DNA of 64,000 nt, taken from Hydrogenophilales bacterium 12-61-10 (GTDB lineage Bacteria > Pseudomonadota > Gammaproteobacteria > Burkholderiales > Thiobacillaceae). The translations under genes and the position numbers were made by a program. Below the pieces are notes generated by a model. The model ran no database searches. It saw nothing but the letters and a program-made list of their open reading frames with translations, and was not told the origin of the DNA. Location of the stretch: contig NCCT01000012.1 in the NCBI GenBank assembly GCA_002279795.1, positions 8,861 through 72,860 of the forward strand, in the 5' to 3' direction. Below are positions 21,568-31,783 of the stretch, piece by piece (the first letter of the stretch is position 1; the number at the start of each line of letters is the position of its first letter).

Positions 21568-22668
21568 ATGCACTCACTCTCGCCCGACTACCTCGCCAAG
21601 CTGCGCTTTGACGCCCAGCAACTGGCGACGCTGCGCGCCCTGGGTGAGTACCGGGGCAAGCAGTTGCTCTACGTCGCCCAGTCGCCCGAGGTCTTGAGTG
21701 ACCTGCGCCAAGTGGCCGTCGTCGAATCCACCGAGTCATCCAACCGCCTTGAGGGTGTGGTGGTAGCGGCGTACCGGCTTAAGTCGCTGGTGCTCAAAAA
21801 TGCCACGCCGCAAAGCCGCTCCGAACAGGAGGTGGCAGGCTACCGCGACGCCTTGGGCCTAATCCACGAAAGCGGCGAGCAGATGCCGTTTTCAGAAGGC
21901 ACTGTCCTGCAGCTCCACGGTATTTTGTATCGCTACATGCCGCAGCCGGGCGGGCACTGGAAGGCCACCAACAATGACATCGTCGAGCGCCACCCCGATG
22001 GCAGCTCGCGCATCCGCTTCCGGCCCGTGGCTGCGCATCTCACGCCCATGGCGATGTCCGACTTGATTGCGCGTTACCGCACGGCGCTGGATCAACATCT
22101 GGCCGACCCGCTGGTGCTGGTCCCGCTGGTCATCCTCGATTTTCTCTGCATTCACCCCTTCCCGGATGGCAACGGCCGCATGGCGCGGTTACTGACCCTG
22201 CAGTTGCTCTACCACTTCGACTATGCCGTGGGTCGTTTCATCAGTCTGGAGCGCATCTTCGAAGAATCGAAAGAGAGTTACTACGAAACGCTGGAGACCA
22301 GCTCGCAGGGCTGGCATGACGGTGCCCACGATATTGCCCCGTGGCTGGACTACTTCTGGGGGGCGCTGCTGCGGGCATACAAGGAATTCGAGGAACGTGT
22401 CGGCACCCTCTCACGGGGTCGCGGTGCCAAGGGCGACCGGGTGCGCGCCGAAATCCTCAAGAGAAACCTGCCGTTCTCGATTTCGGAAATCGAAGAAGCC
22501 TGCCCCGGCATCAGCCGCGACATGGTGCGCGTCATCCTGCGTGCCATGAAAGCTGAAGGGCTGATCACGCCAACGGGCAAGGGACGTGCTGCCAAGTGGG
22601 AACAGGTGCGACAGCCCACCGGGCAACCCGCTCCAGTCCAACCAAATTCATCAGGGAAAAAGCAATGA
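21568..22668 (+). CDS. Fic-domain protein with probable C-terminal HTH
   Basis: HPFPDGNGRMAR Fic motif; N-terminal STESSNRLEG; C-terminal FSISEIEEACPGISRDMVRVILRAMKAEG. Confidence 0.92.
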   Translation: MHSLSPDYLAKLRFDAQQLATLRALGEYRGKQLLYVAQSPEVLSDLRQVAVVESTESSNRLEGVVVAAYRLKSLVLKNATPQSRSEQEVAGYRDALGLIHESGEQMPFSEGTVLQLHGILYRYMPQPGGHWKATNNDIVERHPDGSSRIRFRPVAAHLTPMAMSDLIARYRTALDQHLADPLVLVPLVILDFLCIHPFPDGNGRMARLLTLQLLYHFDYAVGRFISLERIFEESKESYYETLETSSQGWHDGAHDIAPWLDYFWGALLRAYKEFEERVGTLSRGRGAKGDRVRAEILKRNLPFSISEIEEACPGISRDMVRVILRAMKAEGLITPTGKGRAAKWEQVRQPTGQPAPVQPNSSGKKQ

Positions 22669-23081
22669 ACCCCATCGAACAACAATTCTTCAACGACCTC
22701 GAAAAAAAGCTGTGGACCGCCGCCGACAAATTGCGCTCAAGCCTCGACGCATCTGTTTACAAGCACGTGGTGCTGGGCCTGATCTTCCTGAAATACGTCT
22801 CCGATGCCTTCGAAGAGCGGCAAAAAGAGCTGCGCGAGCAGTTCACGAACCCTGACCACGACTACTACATGGCCCCGGAAGACTACGCCGACGATTACGC
22901 AAGCCACATCGCCGCCGAACTGGAGGTGCGCGACTACTACACCGAGAAAAACGTGTTCTGGGTGCCGCAGGAAGCGCGCTGGCAAACCCTGCGCGACTGT
23001 GCCCAGCTGCCGCCCAAAGCGCCGCTGCCCTGGAACAAGCCCGGCAAAGACGAGCCGGAAGAAATGCGCAGCGTCGGCTGA
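22665..23081 (+). pseudogene. hsdM: Type I RM methyltransferase HsdM, N-terminal fragment
   Basis: LEKKLWTAADKLRSSLDASVYKHVVLGLIFLKYVSDAF and [11 protein letters not shown]; stops before the MTase motifs. Confidence 0.85.
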
Positions 23082-24323
23082 AGAAGCGGTTGGAGACGCG
23101 CTTTAAGGACGCCAAAGACACGCTGAAGCTGGTGATCGTGCGCGACATGTGGCTGACCGGCTTCGATGCGCCGTGCTGTCACACCATGTACGTGGACAAG
23201 CCCATGAAGGGCCACAACCTGATGCAGGCCATTGCACGAGTGAACCGCGTTTTCAAGAATAAGCCAGGCGGTCTGGTGGTGGATTACATCGGCATCGCCA
23301 ACGAACTGAAGGCGGCGCTCAAAACCTACACCGAGGCTAAAGGCAAGGGCGACTCCACGCACAACGCCACTGAGGCCTTGGCCGTGTTGCTGGAGAAGAT
23401 GGACATCGTGCGCGGCATGATGCACGGCTGCGACTACAGCGGGTTTGAAACCAAGGCGGCCACACTGTTGGTGCCATGCGCCAATCATCTACTGGGCCTG
23501 AAGGATGGCAAGCAGCGGTTCCTCGACACCATGGTAGCGGTGGCCAAGGCCTATTCACTGTGCGGCACGCTGGATGAAGCCGCCGCGCTGCGCAAAGAGA
23601 TCGCTTTCTTCTCGGCCATCAAGGCGGCCATTACCAAGTTCACCACGGTGGACAAGAAACGATCCACCGAAGAGAAAAACAGTGCGCTGAAGCAGATCCT
23701 GGACAACGCCATTGTTGCCGACGGCGTGGCAGACATTTTTGCGCTGGCGGGGCTCGACAAGCCGAACATCGGCCTGTTGTCAGACGAGTTTCTGAAAGAC
23801 GTTCGCCAGATGGAGAGCCGCAACCTTGCGGTGGAGTTGCTGGAAAAGCTGCTGCGCGACGAGATCAAAGCGCGGGCACGCAACAACGTGGTCCAGGAAA
23901 AGAAGTACGGGGACCGTCTGCTGGAAACCCTGCGCAAGTACCACAACCGCGCCATTGAGACGGCCCAGGTCATCGAAGAATTGATCCAGATGGCCAAGGA
24001 ATTCCTTGGCTGTGCTGGAACGCGAAGCCGCGCTGGGTTTGGGGCAGGACGAGATTGCCCTCTATGACGCCTTGGCCAACAACGAAAGCGCGGTGCGTGA
24101 ACTAGGTGATGACATCCTGAAGAAGATCGCCATCGAGATCACAGAAAAACTTCGGGCCAGCACGACGGTGGATTGGCAGGTGCGCGAGAGTGTCCGGGCG
24201 CGGCTGCGCATTCTGGTGCGGCGCTGCTTGCAGAAGTGGAAGTACCCACCCGACCAGCAGGCCGATGCGGTCGAGTTGGTGCTCAAGCAGGCGGAGTCGC
24301 TGTCGAACGAGTGGTCGAAGTGA
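23081..24323 (+). pseudogene. hsdR: Type I RM endonuclease HsdR, C-terminal fragment, frameshifted near 24006
   Basis: [29 protein letters not shown]; tail TVDWQVRESVRARLR...YPPD in another frame. Confidence 0.87.
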
Positions 24324-24525
24324 ATCGATGATGGCTGGACGATAGATAGTCAGCGAAACAGCCGGTTGCTTTTTAACATTTAAAACTTCTATCGCCCATG
24401 AACCTGCGACCCCAACATCGGCGATGGGCGATAGAAGCCAGTTATTCGAATAATTCGTTGGAGTCCGCACCAACCCGCGTCAGTGCTCATAAGCTCAGGA
24501 GGTGAGTCGGCATCTGGTCAACCGT

Positions 24526-24594
24526 CCTCCACCACGAATTCCTCCTGTAGTACCTTGCGCCGTCCACGAGACGGCGTTTTTATTGGGCTTGGGC
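24526..24594 (+). repeat. attR-like 69-bp direct repeat
   Basis: Identical copy of 21127-21195. Confidence 0.9.
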
Positions 24595-24632
24595 CTGGCA
24601 TCCCTTCAGGGTCCGCCAGCAGCATCTCACGC

Positions 24633-25211
24633 TCAGATTCCCGTCAGCATCGCCACGCCGCTGGCCGCAATGGCAAGGCCCGCGACCTGAATCGCAAAGC
24701 GGCCGAGCAGGCTGCCGGCGATGCCCAGGCCATGCAGCAAAGCCGTTGCCAGCACGAAGCCCAGGCCATAGAGCACGGGCGACGCGGCCTGCGGTATTTC
24801 CAGCCCGTGAGCATAGCCATGGAACAGCGCAAACCCGGCGGCGATGGCCATACCCGCTGCCACCGGCAACCGGCGCCGGCTGGCGATCAGCCCGCCCGAG
24901 ACCAGCACCGAGGCTGCGATGCCGGTCTCGACCTGCGGCAACGCCAGCCCAGCCCACGCCAGCCCGCCACCCAAACCCATCGCAGCGACAAAAGCCGCCG
25001 GTACCGCCCACAACGCCCGGCCGCGCTGTTGCGCAGCCCATAGACCGATCGCGATCATGGCGAGCAGATGGTCAAGCCCCAGCAACGGATGCGTCAGTCC
25101 GCTGCTAAAACCAGCGATCCCATGGCTGCCGGGATGCGCGAAGGCGGTGCCTGCGAACAGGCAGAGGGTGGTCAGGGCGATGGCTTGAACAGGTTTTACC
25201 GGTTTCATCAA
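24633..25211 (-). CDS. hupE: HupE/UreJ family nickel transporter
   Basis: AFAHPG, GLTHPLLGLDHLLAM, FHGYAHGLE. Confidence 0.9.
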   Translation of the reverse strand: MMKPVKPVQAIALTTLCLFAGTAFAHPGSHGIAGFSSGLTHPLLGLDHLLAMIAIGLWAAQQRGRALWAVPAAFVAAMGLGGGLAWAGLALPQVETGIAASVLVSGGLIASRRRLPVAAGMAIAAGFALFHGYAHGLEIPQAASPVLYGLGFVLATALLHGLGIAGSLLGRFAIQVAGLAIAASGVAMLTGI

Positions 25212-25254
25212 GGGTTCTCCCGTTGTTCAATTCAGTCAGTTCGGTTCGGCCGGG

Positions 25255-27048
25255 TTACTTGATCTTGACCTGCACCAGTTCCTCGCCGTCGGGGTCGGTC
25301 ACATGCACGGCGCAGGCGATACAGGGGTCGAACGAGTGGATGGTGCGCAGGATTTCGAGCGGCTGTTTGGGGTCCGCCATCACGTGATTGTCCTGCAAGG
25401 CTGCCTCGTAGGCGCCGGGCTGGCCTTGCGCGTCGCGCGGGCCGGCATTCCAGGTACTGGGCACGACCGCCTGATAGTTGGTGATTTTGGCATCGTCGAT
25501 GACGATCCAGTGGGAGAGGCCACCGCGCGGCGCTTCCATCAGGCCGACGCCCTGCATGTGCTTGGGCCAAGTCGCGGGGTCCCAGTACTGGTCGTTGAAG
25601 GTGCGCACGTCGCCGGCCTTGATGTTGGCGATGAGTTGGTCGTACCAGCCCTGCATGGCGTCGGCGATGATTTTTGATTCCAGCGCGCGCGCAGCGGTGC
25701 GGCCGAGGGTGGAAAACAGCGCGTCGACCGGCACGTCGAGCGTTTTCAGCGTGGAGCCCACCAGTTCTTTTGCCTGTTCGTTGCCGCTGGCGTACAGCAT
25801 CAGCACGCGGGCGAGCGGGCCCACTTCCATCGACTTGCCCTGCCAGCGCGGCGACTTCATCCAGGAGTATTTTTGCGCCACGTCCAGATGTTCGTAGGGC
25901 GGCTTCGGCCCGGTGTAGTCGAGCTCGGTTTCGCCCTTGAACGGATGCAGGCCCTTGGCATTGCCCTGGCTGTATTTGTACCAAGAGTGGCTGACGAATT
26001 CCTGGATCTCGTTGTCCTTGTCCAGATCAACTGGATGAATCCGGGACAGGTCGCGGTTGAGGATGACGCCACGCGGGATGAGATATGAGTCTGTATCCCA
26101 AAAGCCTTTCGATGGCAGGTCGCCAAACGACAGGAAGTTGCCGAGGCCTTCGCCGCGTGTGGCCCAGTCCTTGTAATAACCGGCAATCGCCAGAGTGTCC
26201 GGCACATACACCTGATCGACGAACTCGCGCATCTGGCGGATGACGTTCTGCACCGTCTGCAAGCCGACGAGGTTGAGCGCCGTTGCATCCTGGCCGCCGC
26301 GATAGTGCGGCCCCTTGCCGTGTCCGGGATGATCCACATGCACCGAAATAGCCGACGGCACGCCGCCGACGACGAAGTTGGGATGCGGGTTCTTGCCGCC
26401 GAATATGGTGTGCAGCTTGACCACGTCGCGCTGCCAGGCGAGCGCATCGAGGTAATGCGCCAGCGCCATCAAATTGGCTTCCGGCGGCAGCTTGTAGGCC
26501 GGGTGGCCCCAGTAGGCGTTGGCAAAGATGCCGAGCTGGCCCTGTTCGACGAAACTTTTGACCTTTTTCTGCACGTCGGCGAAATAGCCGGGAGACGAGC
26601 GCGGATAGCCGGAAAGCGATTGCGCCAGCACCGAGGTCGCCTTGGGGTCGGCCTTCAGCGCGGACACTACGTCGACCCAGTCGAGCGCGTGCAGGTGATA
26701 GAAATGCATCACGTGGTCGTGCACGTGCTGCGCCGCAATCATCAGGTTGCGAATCAGTTCGGCGTTCTTCGGAATACTGTAGGCCGGGATGGCGCGGTGC
26801 AGCGCGTCTTCCACCGCACGCACCGAGGCAATGCCGTGCACCAGGGTGCAGACGCCGCAGATGCGCTGGGCAAAGGCCCAGGCGTCGCGCGGGTCGCGGC
26901 CGCGCAGGATGATTTCGATGCCGCGCACCATGGTGCCGGCGGAGTAAGCCTGGGTGATTTTTCCGCTGGCATCGGTTTCGGCCTCGATGCGCAGGTGGCC
27001 TTCGATCCGGGTGATGGGGTCAACGACGATGCGTTGTGCGGTGGTCAT
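25255..27048 (-). CDS. hynL: [NiFe] hydrogenase large subunit (Isp-type, group 1e-like)
   Basis: DPITRIEGH, L1 QRICGVC, L2 SFDPCIACAVH with a cleavable C-terminal extension. Confidence 0.93.
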   Translation of the reverse strand: MTTAQRIVVDPITRIEGHLRIEAETDASGKITQAYSAGTMVRGIEIILRGRDPRDAWAFAQRICGVCTLVHGIASVRAVEDALHRAIPAYSIPKNAELIRNLMIAAQHVHDHVMHFYHLHALDWVDVVSALKADPKATSVLAQSLSGYPRSSPGYFADVQKKVKSFVEQGQLGIFANAYWGHPAYKLPPEANLMALAHYLDALAWQRDVVKLHTIFGGKNPHPNFVVGGVPSAISVHVDHPGHGKGPHYRGGQDATALNLVGLQTVQNVIRQMREFVDQVYVPDTLAIAGYYKDWATRGEGLGNFLSFGDLPSKGFWDTDSYLIPRGVILNRDLSRIHPVDLDKDNEIQEFVSHSWYKYSQGNAKGLHPFKGETELDYTGPKPPYEHLDVAQKYSWMKSPRWQGKSMEVGPLARVLMLYASGNEQAKELVGSTLKTLDVPVDALFSTLGRTAARALESKIIADAMQGWYDQLIANIKAGDVRTFNDQYWDPATWPKHMQGVGLMEAPRGGLSHWIVIDDAKITNYQAVVPSTWNAGPRDAQGQPGAYEAALQDNHVMADPKQPLEILRTIHSFDPCIACAVHVTDPDGEELVQVKIK

Positions 27049-27052
27049 GGCG

Positions 27053-28345
27053 TCAGGCTCCTTCTGGCTTGGCAACCGCTTGCGGCGCGGGTTCGGGGAG
27101 GTGGCTGGCGACCAGCTCGGTCAGGCCGATCACCGGAATGTCCATCCTGTAATGCTCGAGGCCTTCTTCCAGCACGATGCGACAGTTGGCGCAGGCGGTC
27201 ACCACCCGATCGGGCTTGACGGCGTCGAACTGGGATTTCTTTTTGCGGAATGCTTCTAGCCGCAAGGCCTCGCCCTCCTCGACCGCCGAGGCGCCGCCGC
27301 CCCCGCCACAGCACCAGTTCATATAGCCGGCGTCCGGCATGTCGACAACATTGTTCGCCACCCGCTTCATCAGCGCGCGCGGCTGCTCGATCACGCCGCC
27401 CCGCCGCACCAGCTGACAGGGGTCGTGAAAAGTCAGGCGGTCGGTCTCGAAGCCTTCTGTTTTCAGCAGCCCATGCGCCTGCAACTCGTCCAGCACCTCG
27501 ATGATGTGTTTGACCTCGAAGCTGAATGGTCGGCCGATCAGGTTGGCGCCATCCCAGCGCAGCGCGGTATAGGCATGGCCGCACTCGGGACTGATCACGG
27601 TCTTGACCTTGAGCTTTTCCGCGCCCTCGACGATGCGCGAGACGATCACTTTCGCCAGGTCGGAATTGCCGATCTGGATGCCGGCGTTGGTCGCCTCGAA
27701 CGCGGTCGAGCACAGCGTCCAGGTTTTGCCGGCTTGGTGCAGGATCTTGGCGACGGCACCCAGATACTCGGGAAAGTTGATGATCTCCATCGACGACAGC
27801 ACCACCAGGTATTCCGCGCCCGCACGATCGAGCGGAATCGGCAGGCCATAGTCGGCTTCCACGTGCTTCATTTGTGCCAGCACCGCGGGCAGCTTGACGT
27901 TCATCGGGCTGCCCGTGGTGACGGTGCGGCTGACTGCGCCCTTGATGCCTTCCGGCGCATGGCCCGAGGCCGACATGCCTTCGCGGAACTTGCGCACCAT
28001 GTAGACGATGTCGTTGCCGACCGGGCAGACAGCGGAACAACGCCCACACAGGGTGCAGCTGTTGTAGACCAGCTCCTGCCACTGATCGAGTTCATCGTCG
28101 GTGACGGCTTTGGACAGCCCGAGCCTCTTTTTCAGCCGCCCCAGCAGCGTGTATTCCTGCTCGTAGACGCGGCGCAACGGCTCCAGCTTGTAGATCGGCG
28201 TGTATTTGGGGTCGCCGGTTTCGGTGTAGAACAAACAGGCTTCGGCGCACAGGCCGCAGTGCACGCAGCTGTTGAAATAACTGGCGATGGGCGCGTCGAT
28301 GACTTGCTTCAGGACGTGGAGCCCTTTTTCGAGTGTGGCACTCAT
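27053..28345 (-). CDS. isp2: Isp2, heterodisulfide-reductase-like Fe-S subunit
   Basis: CVHCGLCAEAC, CTLCGRCSAVCP, ECGHAY, HDPC, CCGGGGG, TACANC; lies between small and large subunit genes. Confidence 0.85.
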   Translation of the reverse strand: MSATLEKGLHVLKQVIDAPIASYFNSCVHCGLCAEACLFYTETGDPKYTPIYKLEPLRRVYEQEYTLLGRLKKRLGLSKAVTDDELDQWQELVYNSCTLCGRCSAVCPVGNDIVYMVRKFREGMSASGHAPEGIKGAVSRTVTTGSPMNVKLPAVLAQMKHVEADYGLPIPLDRAGAEYLVVLSSMEIINFPEYLGAVAKILHQAGKTWTLCSTAFEATNAGIQIGNSDLAKVIVSRIVEGAEKLKVKTVISPECGHAYTALRWDGANLIGRPFSFEVKHIIEVLDELQAHGLLKTEGFETDRLTFHDPCQLVRRGGVIEQPRALMKRVANNVVDMPDAGYMNWCCGGGGGASAVEEGEALRLEAFRKKKSQFDAVKPDRVVTACANCRIVLEEGLEHYRMDIPVIGLTELVASHLPEPAPQAVAKPEGA

Positions 28346-29007
28346 ACCGGCACTCCTTTGTGCGCGTTCGCCCGACCGTTGTACCAGCGCGAACCGAACA
28401 GCGTGAAGGCATGGAACAGCTTGTTAAACGGCAGCACGATGAGCAGCACTTCCACGCTGAGGATGTGCAGCGCCAGCATCGTGGTGTAGGGCAGCAGCAG
28501 ATGCTGCACCGCCATCCAGCCGGTCAGCATCGGCAAAAAAGTCACCGTCCAGCTGAACCAGTCTTCGAAGGTGGACAAAAAACGCTTGACCGGCCTGGCG
28601 ATGCGGTCAGCCAGCACGCCCACCATGGCTACCATCGTCACCACCGCGGCCAGGTCGATGATCTGCGACGGCAGTCCGGGCCACGAAAGGCCGGTGAGAT
28701 TTTTGATCAGCAGGATGTGTGGCGCGAACCCGAACACGACGACAGCCAGCCCGATATGGAAAATATAGCCGCCGATATAGCCCACCGGCGAACGCTTCAG
28801 CATGCCGGGCGGCGGCAGCGAGCGGCGCAACACGGTATGCAGACCCGAGGCACCGGCGGTGTGGCGCGGCGCCGACCGGTCCATCTTGCGGCCCAGCGAA
28901 TAAATCTCGACCAGACGCCACAGCACGCCCAGCACAAAAATCGCCACCGCGATGTCGAGGCCTGGCCCGCGCACCCAGGTCAAAAATTGCAGATCATTCA
29001 TGCTCAT
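28342..29007 (-). CDS. isp1: Isp1, NarI/DsrM-like membrane b-type cytochrome
   Basis: Several TM helices with His ligands (YIFH, FAPH, LALH, KLFH). Confidence 0.82.
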   Translation of the reverse strand: MSMNDLQFLTWVRGPGLDIAVAIFVLGVLWRLVEIYSLGRKMDRSAPRHTAGASGLHTVLRRSLPPPGMLKRSPVGYIGGYIFHIGLAVVVFGFAPHILLIKNLTGLSWPGLPSQIIDLAAVVTMVAMVGVLADRIARPVKRFLSTFEDWFSWTVTFLPMLTGWMAVQHLLLPYTTMLALHILSVEVLLIVLPFNKLFHAFTLFGSRWYNGRANAHKGVPV

Positions 29008-30107
29008 TTTTCCAGATCATCCAGGGTGGTGGTCTCGTGCGACGACCTTGCGCTGCCCTGCTTGACGCGATTGGCAATCCCCACGGCGACGCCTGTTCCC
29101 GCGCCCACTACCGCTGCGGCAGCCCCATTCCTGAGCGGGTCGGCCGGCACCGACAGCGCCTTGTAGAAGCCGCCGGCATCCCAGAAATCCGGCTCCGAAC
29201 AGCCCAGGCAGCCATGCCCGGACTCCACCGGCCACGAGGTGCCGCCGTTCCACTTCACCGTGGCGCAGGCGTTGTGGGTGACCGGGCCCTTGCAGCCGAG
29301 CTCGAACAGACACCAGCCGTTGCGCGCGCCTTCATCGTCGAAGGTTTTGGCGAACTTGCCTTGGTCGTAGAACGGGCGGCGATAGCAGCGGTCGTGAATG
29401 GTTTCGCCAAAAAAGGCCTTGGGCCGGCCTTTGTCGTCCAGATCCGGCAGGCTGCCGAAGGTGAGGTAATGCGCCAGCACGCCGGTCATCACCACCGGGA
29501 TCGGGGGGCAACCGGGAATGTTGACGATCGGTTTGTTCTTGATGAGGTCGGACACCGAGACCGCACCGGTCGGATTCGGATTGGCTTTCGGGATGCCGCC
29601 ATAAGAGGCGCAGGTGCCCATGGCGATGATGGCTGCCGCCCCCTCGGCGGCTTCCTTCAGGATGTCCACATTGGACCGCCCGCCTATGCACGAATAGGCG
29701 CCGTTCTGCCCCAGCGGAATCGATCCGTCGACAATCAACAGATATTTGCCGAAGTTGTCTTTCATCGCAGAGTGGCGGGCTTGCTCGGCCTGGAAGCCTG
29801 CTGCGGCCATCAGGGTTTCCTGATAGTCGAGCGAAATCAGGTCAAAAATCATGCCCTCGATCGTCGGCGAATGCGAGCGCGTGATCGACTCGGTGCAGCC
29901 GGTGCATTCCTGAAACGGCAGCCAGATCACCGATGGCCGCCGGGAGGCCGCCATCGCCGCAGCCATCGCGCGTCCGGCGGTCGGCGGCAAGGCCATCATC
30001 GAGGCCAGCGTGGCGCAGTACTTGAGAAAGGTGCGGCGGCTGACGCCCTGCCGCACGAGTGACTCGATCAACGGACCCTGCATGATGCGTACCTCCCGAT
30101 TCATCAC
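29004..30107 (-). CDS. hynS: [NiFe] hydrogenase small subunit with Tat signal
   Basis: SRRTFLK Tat motif, ECTGC, GTCA, PGCPP, HDRCYRR, GCKGP, HGCLGC; exact start may be 30104 or 30083. Confidence 0.93.
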   Translation of the reverse strand: MMNREVRIMQGPLIESLVRQGVSRRTFLKYCATLASMMALPPTAGRAMAAAMAASRRPSVIWLPFQECTGCTESITRSHSPTIEGMIFDLISLDYQETLMAAAGFQAEQARHSAMKDNFGKYLLIVDGSIPLGQNGAYSCIGGRSNVDILKEAAEGAAAIIAMGTCASYGGIPKANPNPTGAVSVSDLIKNKPIVNIPGCPPIPVVMTGVLAHYLTFGSLPDLDDKGRPKAFFGETIHDRCYRRPFYDQGKFAKTFDDEGARNGWCLFELGCKGPVTHNACATVKWNGGTSWPVESGHGCLGCSEPDFWDAGGFYKALSVPADPLRNGAAAAVVGAGTGVAVGIANRVKQGSARSSHETTTLDDLEK

Positions 30108-30128
30108 CCGACTGCGACCGCATTCACC

Positions 30129-30545
30129 TTAGAAGTCGGCCAGCAGTAACTCAAGCCGTTCCCGGCCCCATTCAACATCCTGCGGATGGGCCTTCACCAG
30201 ATCCGGCACGAAAGCCACCTCGATGAACTGCGAAGTCACGGCCCCGTTTTCATTCCGGTGCGTCACCCACCAGACGCCCGGGCAGGCGGTCTCGTTCAGC
30301 GTCGACTCGCCACTGGCCTGCAGGGTGATGGCAATCTCGCCCTGCCCCAGCCTGTCCTGCAGCCAGTCGAGATCGGCCGGCGTCAACGGCAGGGCGGACA
30401 AATCGATGGCAGCGATTTCGCCGCTTTCCAGCAGCCGCAGCAGCAGTTCGGAAATCTCGCGCAGCAGCGGCGGCGCATTGCCGGTCAGGCCGGTCTCGCT
30501 GGAAACGGTTTGAACGACATGAATGGGAATGACCTCAAACGGCAT
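30129..30545 (-). CDS. Hydrogenase expression protein HupH/HyaF-like
   Basis: IDLSALPLT, LGQGEI, ETACPGVWWV. Confidence 0.8.
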   Translation of the reverse strand: MPFEVIPIHVVQTVSSETGLTGNAPPLLREISELLLRLLESGEIAAIDLSALPLTPADLDWLQDRLGQGEIAITLQASGESTLNETACPGVWWVTHRNENGAVTSQFIEVAFVPDLVKAHPQDVEWGRERLELLLADF

Positions 30546-31008
30546 GGCGCCACGCCCGAATCAGTTCGCGAATTGCCACGCAGGCCGGCGGGATAGCGGC
30601 GGCAACCGCAGGCGTGGGTTGCTCGCCCCAGTCGACCACGCCGGGCTGGATCGCCAGCAGCGCCCGCTTGTCCGGCCAGTGTCCCGCCAGCATCGCAATG
30701 GCGCGCAGATCGGTCAGCCCCACCTCGTGCACGGTGGACTTTCGGTTGCCCATCAGGAATGCGTCCATCGCCTCTCCTTCCAGCAAAGTCCACGCGCCCG
30801 GCTGCATCTGCAGATTGGCAGCGTCGACGACGATCAATGCGTCGGCGTCCTCGATCGGCCCCGCCAGCGTGAACGACAGCGTGCCACCGTCGAGCAGCGT
30901 CACATCGGGCCAGTTAGCCAGTTCGGGCTCGAGTGCCTGCAGCACATGAATGCCGATGCCCTCGTCGGTAAGCAGGGTGTTGCCGATGCCGAGCACGAGC
31001 GTTTTCAT
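30535..31008 (-). CDS. Hydrogenase maturation protease (HyaD/HupD)
   Basis: VLGIGNTLLTDEGIG, LDGGT, IVVDAA, TVHEVGL. Confidence 0.92.
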   Translation of the reverse strand: MKTLVLGIGNTLLTDEGIGIHVLQALEPELANWPDVTLLDGGTLSFTLAGPIEDADALIVVDAANLQMQPGAWTLLEGEAMDAFLMGNRKSTVHEVGLTDLRAIAMLAGHWPDKRALLAIQPGVVDWGEQPTPAVAAAIPPACVAIRELIRAWRHAV

Positions 31009-31158
31009 GCCTTCAATCTATCAGCGCGCCACTCGAACAACAACCCAGTAAATATCTCAAGTATTTGATTATTAGTCACAATTATGCAATTTACGCGGCG
31101 ACTTGCATTGGCTGTTCTTAACATATACTCAACTGAGTGTAGTTTCTGATTGCCCAAT

Positions 31159-31404
31159 ATGTGCCTCGCCATCCCGATGCAGATCGAATCGATCGAAGGC
31201 TTTACCGCCCGCTGTCAGGCCAAGGGCGTGTGGCGCGACGTCAGCCTGTTCATGATGCAGGACGAACCGCCCGCAATCGGTGATTTCGTCATGGTGCATG
31301 TCGGCTACGCCATCCAGAAAATCGCCGAAGCCGACGCCCGCACCACCTGGGAACTGCTCGATCAGATCCTGGAGGGCCAGGCCATGGAGGTGGGGGGTGC
31401 ATGA
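31159..31404 (+). CDS. hypC: HypC chaperone
   Basis: MCLAIP, VMVHVGYAI. Confidence 0.94.
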   Translation: MCLAIPMQIESIEGFTARCQAKGVWRDVSLFMMQDEPPAIGDFVMVHVGYAIQKIAEADARTTWELLDQILEGQAMEVGGA

Positions 31405-31750
31405 ACTCGCCATCGCCCAGGCGCTGGTCGAGCAGGTGGACGCTGTGATCGAGCAGCATCAAGCGAGCAGTGCCACGTCTATCCGCGTGCGCATCGGCCC
31501 GCTGGCCGGCGTGGTGCCCGAACTGCTGGCCACCGCCTTCCCGCTGGCCGCCGCCGGTAGCCGCATGGAACACGCCGAGCTCGAATTTACCCACGCACCG
31601 ATTCAGGTCCGCTGCCAAACCTGCGGCGCCGAAACAGAGGCCGCGATGAATCGCCTGCTCTGCGGCGCCTGCGGCGACTGGCACACCCAGATCCTATCCG
31701 GCGACGAACTGCTGCTGGAAAGCGTCGAACTCGAAACCGCCCCCACCTGA
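31397..31750 (+). CDS. hypA: Nickel metallochaperone HypA
   Basis: GTG start giving MHELAIA; CQTC and CGAC zinc pairs; SGDELLLESVE. Confidence 0.92.
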   Translation: MHELAIAQALVEQVDAVIEQHQASSATSIRVRIGPLAGVVPELLATAFPLAAAGSRMEHAELEFTHAPIQVRCQTCGAETEAAMNRLLCGACGDWHTQILSGDELLLESVELETAPT

Positions 31751-31783
31751 CCACTGACCGTTCACCACTCACTACTCACCATC

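Larger units (their letters stand above)
21127..24594. mobile_element. Degenerate ssrA-integrated genomic island remnant, about 3.4 kb, no integrase
   Basis: Flanking 69-bp direct repeats; cargo is Fic plus hsdM/hsdR fragments. Confidence 0.8.

Noticed and set aside
31009-31158. FNR box in the hydrogenase/hyp divergent promoter (ttgattattagtca)
   Set aside because: The second half-site does not match ATCAA at the required spacing
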